A stretch of DNA of 32,000 nucleotides from Geotalea uraniireducens Rf4. Its GTDB lineage: Bacteria; Desulfobacterota; Desulfuromonadia; Geobacterales; Geobacteraceae. Location: NCBI RefSeq assembly GCF_000016745.1, contig NC_009483.1:3180001-3212000 (forward strand), read 5' to 3'. The notes beneath the pieces are model-generated. The model saw nothing but the letters and a program-made list of their open reading frames with translations, did no database searches and was not told the origin of the DNA. Both the position numbers and the translations under genes were made by a program. This document shows positions 23,541-31,195 of the stretch, in pieces; position 1 is the stretch's first letter, and every line of letters begins with the position of its first letter.

Positions 23541-25526
23541 TCAAAAAAACCTTGTCAACTCCAGCCGCACCTGTTCGTCACGTGTTGAATTGCTTCCCAG
23601 GTCCTGCCAGTTCATCTGCGATAGAAGCGTTATGATAACGTTCCTGACAACCATCTGCATATTAAGACTGACGGAAATAAGATCCCTGCTGACGGACCCG
23701 CCCCTGGAGTTGGCGTAGTCGGTCTTCAATTTCATGTCTGCCATACCAAAAAGGACTTTGCGGTAAAGCATGCCGAGTTTCAGCAGGTTTTCCGAATAGG
23801 CCGTGGAACTCGATCCGGCAAAAGGGTTTACATCGTACATGGTATAGGTGTCCTTCATGTAAAGGGAAAGCAAACCACGGGCAAATCCCCGGTCATGGCC
23901 GGCAAACCCTTCCATGGTCTGGTGTTTGTCTTCCCTTGAATCGTAATTCAGATATTGGGCTCCGAAGGAAACACTCTCCTGCTTGGAATCAAAGCCGAAC
24001 CGGTAAGAGTGCTGTGAACTCAAGCGTATGACGTCATCCCGGCCGGCCAAAAGATCCTGATTCATATCATTGAAGTCGCCGAACAACCTGTAACGTCCAT
24101 CAAGGAAAGAAATATATCCTCCGATACTGCGGGAATATGTCGCATACTTGATTGATGGATTCAGAAGGTACGAATAGGTGACAAACAGGTTGTCACCATC
24201 GTTAATTGTAGGGCTGCTGAGGAATATCAGCCTCGTTTGAGTGCCGATCTGCTCTACCCAATAATCCATCCCGAGGGTATAGCGAATCGAACTTTTAGCC
24301 GGATCCGCACTGCGAACAATGATGCTGTCCGTCACCACATTCCTGTTGATCAGGATATTCTGCTCAAAATACCTGGCAGTGAGCGGTTCATCGATAACCA
24401 ATGCCGTGTTGCCGTCCCTTTTACTGTCTATAACATCGACTCGTTGTGAAAAATTCAGCTTCAGGTTGCTTCTCTGCGGCAATCGCTTCTGATAGCTGAT
24501 GTTGAATGAACCGCCGATATCGTTCTCACTGCCGCTGTTTATATCATTCTGCCTTATCTGGAAAGCCAGGCGGGTAGTCAGGCTTTGAAACAGTCTATGC
24601 TGCAGCCATGCGCCACCGAAATTAGAAATCTCCCGCTGGCCCATGCTCCGATTATGGGTATTCTCATACTCAAGACCTGCATCCATTGCCTTGCCCAGCG
24701 CCATGTTGAAATTTTCCACCCAGATGGAATATGTGTTGTCAATCAGTCCCGATGAGTCATGTAGCTTGTATGAAGAGTTGAGTTCTTTTTTCTGCCCAGC
24801 CCAATTCAGGCGATTCCTGACCGAATATTCACTGCTCGTGAAACGTGCCGAATCAGCGCCACCTATCAGGGCACTACGGTTCTCGCTATGGAAAATGGCG
24901 GCATCGGTCTGACTGATGTCCCTGATTTTGTTCGACATGCTCATTGAAATATTCTCGGTGTCCTGTGTTCTGTCCTGATATTGACCACTGGTTTTACTGT
25001 TTATGACCGAATAATATGCTTTCATAGGTAGAAATCTGTTCTTTATGGAAAGACCTACCCCGTTACTGTCGGTCAGTAAATCATAGCCGCCGGAAAACTC
25101 CCGTTGCACATGATTCCTTGATGAATTGGAGAAGAAGCTGACCGGAAACGGTTTGCGATCCAGTAATATGCCGTCAATGCTGTACTGGAAATTTACAGCG
25201 GAACCGCTTCCGGGCGATGTTCCGCTGGCGGAAAACATCTCCTGATTGAGACTGAAGTCGGCGCTTAAATGCCCCTTGAGTAATCGGTGGGAATATATCC
25301 CATAGGGAATATCGAAGTGATACTTCTCTTCAAAGCGATGCTCTGTTAAGGAAAAATCCCGACTATTGGCGTAGGAGGCGCGTTTTCCGTTGTAGTCATA
25401 TATAAAATCCACTGATTGTTGCAGTTCACCGAGCAGGATAAGACCCCTTTGTTGAGACATTGCCACATCCGGCATTGTTAGAATAAGGATGATGCCCGTA
25501 TGCCATAGGATTTTCTTGAGCCGCAT
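23541..25526 (-). CDS. Large outer-membrane beta-barrel protein (porin-like, 661 aa)
   Basis: Signal peptide (…DVAMS/QQ), pervasive alternating aromatic/hydrophilic beta-strand patterning, Asn/Ser/Tyr-rich composition, and a C-terminal ...LELTRFF with terminal Phe, as in OMP beta-signals. No cysteines or haem motifs. Confidence 0.75.
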   Translation of the reverse strand: MRLKKILWHTGIILILTMPDVAMSQQRGLILLGELQQSVDFIYDYNGKRASYANSRDFSLTEHRFEEKYHFDIPYGIYSHRLLKGHLSADFSLNQEMFSASGTSPGSGSAVNFQYSIDGILLDRKPFPVSFFSNSSRNHVQREFSGGYDLLTDSNGVGLSIKNRFLPMKAYYSVINSKTSGQYQDRTQDTENISMSMSNKIRDISQTDAAIFHSENRSALIGGADSARFTSSEYSVRNRLNWAGQKKELNSSYKLHDSSGLIDNTYSIWVENFNMALGKAMDAGLEYENTHNRSMGQREISNFGGAWLQHRLFQSLTTRLAFQIRQNDINSGSENDIGGSFNISYQKRLPQRSNLKLNFSQRVDVIDSKRDGNTALVIDEPLTARYFEQNILINRNVVTDSIIVRSADPAKSSIRYTLGMDYWVEQIGTQTRLIFLSSPTINDGDNLFVTYSYLLNPSIKYATYSRSIGGYISFLDGRYRLFGDFNDMNQDLLAGRDDVIRLSSQHSYRFGFDSKQESVSFGAQYLNYDSREDKHQTMEGFAGHDRGFARGLLSLYMKDTYTMYDVNPFAGSSSTAYSENLLKLGMLYRKVLFGMADMKLKTDYANSRGGSVSRDLISVSLNMQMVVRNVIITLLSQMNWQDLGSNSTRDEQVRLELTRFF

Positions 25527-25538
25527 ACGACCGTCCTG

Positions 25539-26144
25539 TCATTTCATAAAGTTCGATGCGTTCCCATAGTGCGGGTCGTGACAGTCGGAACAATATATTT
25601 GACGTTCCGACACCTTGTCGTGCAATGCGACCGACAGTCTCTTTTCGCGATGACAAACGGAACAAATCTGATTCTTATCGGCCTTGAGCAAGGACTTGTA
25701 TCTGGAGGTATGCGGCTCGTGACAAGCCAGGCATTCTCCCACTGCGACAGGGCCGTGCACAAAAGAGCCTTTTATGAAATCCTTATGGCACTGAAAGCAA
25801 AGGTCAATTTTAGCTGTAACAAGCCCCCCCTCTTTGCTCTTGTCGTGGCAATCGTCACATTTCTTCTCCTCATAGGGTTGATGTCTCGATGATTGGCCGG
25901 CGCTTTTCCCCGACTCCTCTTTTGCGTGCAGATCATTACCTCCCGCTGCCGTGGTTTTTTCATAATAATCCTTGCAGAATTCATCGGGCGGTGGATAGCT
26001 TGGGACACCATCAAAAACAGTCGACAAAATCTCGTGCCTGCTGACGGCACTGCACCCCGCTGTTACAACAAGACAAATCAGCAAACAGGCCATGAAGCTT
26101 GCCGTGATTTTCCCTTGATTTGCCGAGTGCTTGCCGTCTTTCAC
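25539..26144 (-). CDS. Pentahaem lipoprotein cytochrome c
   Basis: Lipobox (VVTAGC) and 5 CXXCH motifs (CDDCH, CFQCH, CLACH, CSVCH, CSDCH). GTG start 2 nt after the upstream stop. Its stop lies 12 nt before the barrel gene start. Confidence 0.85.
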   Translation of the reverse strand: MKDGKHSANQGKITASFMACLLICLVVTAGCSAVSRHEILSTVFDGVPSYPPPDEFCKDYYEKTTAAGGNDLHAKEESGKSAGQSSRHQPYEEKKCDDCHDKSKEGGLVTAKIDLCFQCHKDFIKGSFVHGPVAVGECLACHEPHTSRYKSLLKADKNQICSVCHREKRLSVALHDKVSERQIYCSDCHDPHYGNASNFMK

Positions 26145-26146
26145 AA

Positions 26147-27337
26147 TTATTTCTTCTCCTGTCCCGCCTCAGCCTTTTTTTGCAGTTCCTTTGTCCCGTC
26201 GCTTCCTTCCTGGACAACTTTCACATCGTCCAGGGCGCTTTTCTGCTGTCCAAGCCCATAAACAGCCACCTTGTTCGGTCCGTACTGATTGATTACGAAA
26301 ATCACGTTCTCCAGTTGAAAAGAAGGATCGGCGAATTTCTGGAAATAATCGAGGTTGTCTCTACTGACGGCTACGCTTGACGGCAGATTCATGGTTCCTT
26401 CCGGCGCCGTGCCCGGATCGCCGAAAAACATCAGCAAGCGTCCCTTATCGTTGAAAATCTGTACATTCTGGTGTGCGGAATCAGCCACATATATGCGGCC
26501 GGCATCGTCAACGGCAACACCCTTGGGTCTGCCGAACTGTCCGAAGCCGTCGCCGAGCTTGCCGAATGACAGGAGGAGATGCCCGTCCCGGTCGAACTTC
26601 ATTACCTTGCCGGTCATGGTATTGGTCACGTAGATAAATCCTTTGCCGTCCACGGCAAAATTCGTCGGGAGTGCCAACCCTTCGGATTGTTCGCTTCCCT
26701 TGCCGATCCGGTCGAGAAGCTTTCCGGTTTTGCTGTCGAGCACCTTGACCTCGGAATGGCCTATATCGACCACATACAGATACTTTCCGTCGACCGCTAC
26801 ATCAGTCGGTTTCATGTCGAGCTCTTTGCCGAAGGCATTTTTAAAATTGCCGGCAGCGTCGTAAACCAGGATCTCTTTCCGTTCAATGTCGGCGATATAC
26901 ATGGCTCCCTCGCCATCGACTGCTATGTTTATCGGCTTCTTGAGTTTGCCGACGCTGAAATTCCCCTTCAAGTATTCGAAGGTTTTCCGGGGGGGATCTA
27001 TTATGGAGACCGTGGCGCCACCGACATCGCAGATGTAGATTTTGCCGTTGCGGGTTGTAACGCCGTACGGTTTTTTAATGGGTTTGACCGTATCCCCTTC
27101 CAGGCTTTTCTGGACGAAAAGGGAAAAACTGCTCTTTTTATCCTCGATATCCTGGGAGTCGGAAATTTTCATGAGATATTGCACCCGTGGGGGATTCGGC
27201 GCGGGTGGGAAAAAGACCGGGCCCGTTGCAGCTTTGGAACCGGCACAGCCGGACAGGGCGGAAGCAAGAAATGGGAAAACAAAGAGAAACCGCAGTTTTT
27301 CCCTGAATACCGAAGTGTTATAAACAAATGTCAGCAT
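26147..27337 (-). CDS. NHL-repeat beta-propeller lipoprotein
   Basis: Lipobox (ALSGC) and repeated NHL blades (…P.GVAVDD.GRIYVADS..H.VQIF…). The start is placed at the ATG at 27337 with a GGAGGA RBS; the track uses a TTG at 27370. The C-terminal tail is Lys/Glu-rich. Confidence 0.85.
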   Translation of the reverse strand: MLTFVYNTSVFREKLRFLFVFPFLASALSGCAGSKAATGPVFFPPAPNPPRVQYLMKISDSQDIEDKKSSFSLFVQKSLEGDTVKPIKKPYGVTTRNGKIYICDVGGATVSIIDPPRKTFEYLKGNFSVGKLKKPINIAVDGEGAMYIADIERKEILVYDAAGNFKNAFGKELDMKPTDVAVDGKYLYVVDIGHSEVKVLDSKTGKLLDRIGKGSEQSEGLALPTNFAVDGKGFIYVTNTMTGKVMKFDRDGHLLLSFGKLGDGFGQFGRPKGVAVDDAGRIYVADSAHQNVQIFNDKGRLLMFFGDPGTAPEGTMNLPSSVAVSRDNLDYFQKFADPSFQLENVIFVINQYGPNKVAVYGLGQQKSALDDVKVVQEGSDGTKELQKKAEAGQEKK

Positions 27338-27384
27338 GTGTCCTCCATAAATTGTACTGATTAGCGTCAATCTTACGCTGAGAG

Positions 27385-27476
27385 CTCCCCCCCTTTAAGA
27401 AAGGGGGGTCAGGGGGGATTTGGTTTGCACCGTCAAAGACAAATCCCCCTAAATCCCCCTTTCTTAAAGGGGGACT
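27385..27476. repeat. GC-rich composite palindrome (two ~35-nt units in inverted orientation)
   Basis: The left unit is CCCCCCCTTTAAGAAAGGGGGGTCAGGGGGGATTT. The reverse complement of the right unit is TCCCCCTTTAAGAAAGGGGGATTTAGGGGGATTT, almost identical. A 19-nt spacer separates the units. It lies 48 nt upstream of the NHL gene ATG. Confidence 0.75.
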
Positions 27477-27557
27477 TTCCAAGAAATTGCTGTTGGCGGA
27501 AGATCCATAAATTGTTGTCGATAAAAGCATGGCCTGAAACCCGTCGGAGTCTGAAGC

Positions 27558-28907
27558 CTATTTCTTGTCATCCAGGTTGTAATCGACAGGGTGTTCCCGG
27601 TCATAACGAAATTTGCGATGGCAGCCCGGGGCGCAACTTCCGCCGGCAGGCGCTATTTCAAAGCGGCTCGGAATTTTCCAATCACCGAATGGGGGGCCTT
27701 CATTGCCGACCAGTTTTTGACCGTTACCGGCATGTGGCTCATGACAGGCCCGACAGGTACGACCCTTGCGCTTGTTGACCACATGAACATAGTGGAGGTT
27801 TTGTTTGCCGTTGCGGAACCTGGTATATATGGTCGTTTCCGGGAAACGGAGCAGGTTCTTGTCGTGGCAGGACAGACAAAAATCATATGCGCCATCCTTG
27901 AAAGGCGCATAAAAGTCACCGGGATAAGGTCCCTTCAGGATTTTTGCGAATTCGGACCCATGGGGGTCATGACATTTTCCGCATTGCCCTTTCTTGACCG
28001 GCTCGTGCAGATCTTTCTTCCCATCCAGTTCTTTTTTCATATTACTCAGTGGAGGCTTGCCGAGACTGTCGTTCCCGTGGCAACCAAGGCATACGGTCTG
28101 TTCGTCGTACGGCAGCAGACCTTTGACTTTGGAAAAATGGGGAGAATGGCAATTGCCGCAGCTCCCTTGCTCCTGGAGCGGCTTGTGCAGGGTTTTCACC
28201 CCCTTTAATTTCTTGTCCACGGCTTCATGGCATTCAAGACAAAGATCGGGCATCTTTTTGTTGAGGATATGGGCGAAGGGTGAGCCGTGTGGATTGTGGC
28301 AGGCTGTGCAGGGATCGTCCTTCACCGGCGGATGGACGATCGGTGCAGCTCCCATTGCCTTGGCAAAGTCCTCGTGGCATTTCAGGCACGTATCGCGGAT
28401 ATTTCCCGCGAGAAGCGATTTTTCCGAAGATTCATGCGGGTTGTGACACTTGGTGCATGCCCCGGCCGCAACGGGGCCGTGCATGAAGTTTGATTTGAAC
28501 CGGGCGTTGTCATGGCACCCCAGGCAAAGCGCTGCCTGGTCTTCTTCCACATCCAGGAGAAAAGGTCCCTGGGCGCCGTGCGGTTTGTGGCAGGAGAGGC
28601 AGTTTCCGTCCTTCACCGGACCATGCACAACCTTCTTTTGCCCCATGGCCGGATGGCACTGTTCGCAGAGTTTCGCTCCCTTGGCGATCAGCTCAAAACT
28701 CTTGCCTCCCCCAAGGATTGGATGCGTCGGGGCGCGCCTCACGTGGCAAGCGAGACAGTCTTCTTCTTTTACCGGTTGATGGAGATTTTTGAGGTCGGCA
28801 ATCGCCTTGTGACAAGCGGCGGTAAAACAGGAGCCGGCGTGGGCAGGTGAAGCAGTGGCAAGCACAACACACAAAGAAAAATAAGTGGTAAATAGATCGC
28901 ATCTCAT
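27558..28907 (-). CDS. Periplasmic multihaem cytochrome c built from c7-like repeats (13 CXXCH plus N-terminal CX4CH and C-terminal CX3CH)
   Basis: Signal peptide (…SPAHA). The unit H.PV..G.C..CH.PH.......L......C..CH recurs, as in Geobacter poly-c7 'dodecahaem'-type proteins. Motifs were counted by hand. Confidence 0.9.
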   Translation of the reverse strand: MRCDLFTTYFSLCVVLATASPAHAGSCFTAACHKAIADLKNLHQPVKEEDCLACHVRRAPTHPILGGGKSFELIAKGAKLCEQCHPAMGQKKVVHGPVKDGNCLSCHKPHGAQGPFLLDVEEDQAALCLGCHDNARFKSNFMHGPVAAGACTKCHNPHESSEKSLLAGNIRDTCLKCHEDFAKAMGAAPIVHPPVKDDPCTACHNPHGSPFAHILNKKMPDLCLECHEAVDKKLKGVKTLHKPLQEQGSCGNCHSPHFSKVKGLLPYDEQTVCLGCHGNDSLGKPPLSNMKKELDGKKDLHEPVKKGQCGKCHDPHGSEFAKILKGPYPGDFYAPFKDGAYDFCLSCHDKNLLRFPETTIYTRFRNGKQNLHYVHVVNKRKGRTCRACHEPHAGNGQKLVGNEGPPFGDWKIPSRFEIAPAGGSCAPGCHRKFRYDREHPVDYNLDDKK

Positions 28908-28967
28908 TTCACTATCCTTGCGTAGCGCATCACACTTAAGGAGTGTTAATTATATGATACTTATCAA

Positions 28968-28983
28968 AGCAAGATGGATACCA
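28968..28983 (-). promoter_or_regulatory. Candidate sigma-54 (-24/-12) promoter, TGGTAT-N5-TTGCT
   Basis: The minus strand reads TGGTATccatcTTGCT with canonical GG/GC spacing. The predicted 5' UTR to the ATG at 28907 is about 50 nt. This is the first promoter-like element upstream of the nine-gene minus-strand block. Confidence 0.6.
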
Positions 28984-29556
28984 AGATATATGGAATGTTG
29001 AAACCTGCACACGAACCCAGCACATGTGGTTTTAATTATCGCACATCAAGACGCGCAAGCCTGGAGCTATGCAGCGACTTAACGTACTCATTTTGCTTGC
29101 CTGTATTTCTGTTTGAGCAGAAAGCATAAGTGGAGCTGCAATGGTAAGTGATGCACATGACAAGGAAGGGGGCTGACTTCTGTTCTGGAATATTGGACGG
29201 TCAGGAAAAACTGGGGCACGGTCATTTGACCAGAACAATGGTTATAACGCACTAATGAACCATCACGGCGAAGTAACGGACTGGTTTTTCAGGAGCGTGG
29301 GCATCCTGCCCGTGTTTCGGGCGGGTTTATGCCCGAATACGGTTTGCTTGTAACCAATTCAAGCGATACATCCGCTTGAAACGCAGGCACGATGCCCGCG
29401 CTCCGGGATATGCTGAATAGTTTCGTCGGTAAAATGGTAATGGCTGTATATGTCGATTGGCGTAGTTGAGAGGATAATGATTGTTCGGCTGTAAGAAATG
29501 ATACGTAAAGCACTGCTGCTTACCGTATGACAAGGGGATCGTTTTTCAGCTACGGG

Positions 29557-30309
29557 TCATCGCTTCCCGCACACCGGACATCCCTGCATGGAGAGTGGTT
29601 TCTCAAGCCGGCATTGGGCAAGCAGGGCTTCGTTCTGGAAAATCTCCCGGGTGGGGCCATCGGCCTTGACCTCCCCCTGGTTGAGTATGATTGTACGCTC
29701 GCAGAGTTCGAGAACCATATCAAGGTCATGGCTGGTGAAGATCTTGGTGTGGTGAAAATCCTTGAGAAGTCCCATGAGCTGCCGCCGTGCGAACGGGTCG
29801 AGTCCGTTGGTCGGCTCATCCATGACGAGAATATCCGGGGACATGGAAAGAACCGTGGCAATGGCCACTCGTTTCTTCTCGCCTCCTGAAAGGTGATACG
29901 GAGCTTTCTCCTGGAGATGAACCGCCCCCACACGCTGGAGCGCATCCATTACCCGCTGCTCCACCTCTGCCCCAAAGAGACCGAGATTCAAAGGGCCGAA
30001 TGCGACATCGTCATAAACCGTCGGCATGAAGAGCTGATCGTCCGGGTCCTGGAAAACCATCCCAACCGTGCGTCGAATCTCCGGCAGGGTTGCCTTGTTC
30101 ATGGGGAAATCGCCGATGCGGATCTCACCAGCGGTCGGGGCCAGATAACCGTTGAGATGGAGCAGAAGGGTCGATTTACCCGCGCCGTTGGCGCCGATGA
30201 TCGCTACGGACTCACCATGGGTGATTCTGAAGGAGATGTCACTCAGGGCTGCCGTGCCGTCGGGATAGACGTGGCGAAGATTTTTGACCTCTACAATATG
30301 ATGACTCAT
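29557..30309 (-). CDS. cbiO: ECF-type cobalt/nickel transporter ATPase
   Basis: Walker A (GANGAGKST), MVFQDPDDQLF, signature LSGGEKKRVAIA and Walker B (ILVMDEP). The ATG at 30309 overlaps the cbiQ stop (ATGA); the track ORF extends to 30390. Confidence 0.85.
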   Translation of the reverse strand: MSHHIVEVKNLRHVYPDGTAALSDISFRITHGESVAIIGANGAGKSTLLLHLNGYLAPTAGEIRIGDFPMNKATLPEIRRTVGMVFQDPDDQLFMPTVYDDVAFGPLNLGLFGAEVEQRVMDALQRVGAVHLQEKAPYHLSGGEKKRVAIATVLSMSPDILVMDEPTNGLDPFARRQLMGLLKDFHHTKIFTSHDLDMVLELCERTIILNQGEVKADGPTREIFQNEALLAQCRLEKPLSMQGCPVCGKR

Positions 30310-31118
30310 CGGGATATTCCTGTGACAAGCGATCCCAGAAGCTGCGAGGCGTTCTGGAGCCGCAAGGTGATGAAGAGTGTTGACCAGCAAAGCAAAAAGA
30401 GGTGTTCTCTTCTGCCGAAGCGGAATTCATGGCGCGTGTGGAATTCGCCGGTGAAACCTCGCGCCAGCATGGCCATATGGATTCGCTCTGCCCGCAGCCA
30501 GGTTCTGAGCAGGAGATGCCCAAGCAGGGAGCCATAGGTTTTCATGCCCAGCCCCTTGTTGCCGAATGAGCGGAGGGCCCGTGCCCGCGACGCCCGCCCG
30601 CCTTCCTCGGTGAGAACGAAGATGTAGCGGTAAAGAAAAAGGAGCTGCACGGCAAACGCCGCCGGCATACCCAACCTTTCCAATGCCCGGCAGATGGCGG
30701 GGAAGCCGGTTACGGCCAATAGAATTATCGCAGCCCCGACGGTGAGAGCGGCTCGAACCACGATAGAAGCACAGGAAATCCAGCCACCGGTTATCCCCAA
30801 TGGACCTAGCTGGACCAGCACTTCCCGGTCGAAAACCGGGTTGAATATGGCGACTACCAGGGCAAAGGGACAGAGAAGTGCGATTTTCCTGGCAATATAA
30901 CCGGCAGGAAGATTGCCGAGCCCGATAATAACCGCCGGGAAAATGAAAAAGGGAACCATGGCGGTCAGCTCATATTTGCCAAAGGAAACTACGGTCACGA
31001 TAAAGACGAAGGTCACCAGAACCTTTGCTCGCGGATCGAGGCGATGGATCGCCGAATCCCCGGTTGCCAGGCTGTCCAGACGCTTGAAATCCAGTAGTAC
31101 CCCATCAATGGATAACAT
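30306..31118 (-). CDS. cbiQ: ECF transporter transmembrane (T) component
   Basis: Polytopic membrane protein with the conserved DPR.K near the N-terminus and the ...A...RGF motif region (MLARGF). It sits between the cbiM-like and cbiO genes. Confidence 0.8.
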   Translation of the reverse strand: MLSIDGVLLDFKRLDSLATGDSAIHRLDPRAKVLVTFVFIVTVVSFGKYELTAMVPFFIFPAVIIGLGNLPAGYIARKIALLCPFALVVAIFNPVFDREVLVQLGPLGITGGWISCASIVVRAALTVGAAIILLAVTGFPAICRALERLGMPAAFAVQLLFLYRYIFVLTEEGGRASRARALRSFGNKGLGMKTYGSLLGHLLLRTWLRAERIHMAMLARGFTGEFHTRHEFRFGRREHLFLLCWSTLFITLRLQNASQLLGSLVTGISR

Positions 31119-31195
31119 AAGCTCTCACAAAACGAGGGAGAGCCAACGGCCCATCCCTCGTTTCCGGTTCTCCTGCAACTCCGGCATTCGGCTCA

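Noticed and set aside
23541-25526. The barrel gene looks somewhat lower in GC than its neighbours; sampled lines were 38-55%.
   Set aside because: The difference is modest and is explained by the Asn/Ser/Tyr/Lys-rich beta-barrel composition. There are no flanking repeats or other signs of separate acquisition.
9998-28907. Checked for selenocysteine or other recoding (in-frame TGA joining adjacent ORFs) in the multihaem cytochromes, as reported for some Geobacter cytochromes.
   Set aside because: All cytochrome ORFs are uninterrupted from signal peptide to stop. Neighbouring ORF junctions are in different frames or are normal ATGA/TGATG overlaps.
29168-29205. GGGGCTGACTTCTGTTCTGGAATATTGGACGG resembles the 5' end of tmRNA (GGGGCUGAUUCUGGAUUCGACGGG).
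   Set aside because: There is no downstream tag-peptide reading frame and no T-arm (GGTTCGAnTCC). There is also no 3' acceptor-complement or CCA within the next ~400 nt. I treat the similarity as coincidental.
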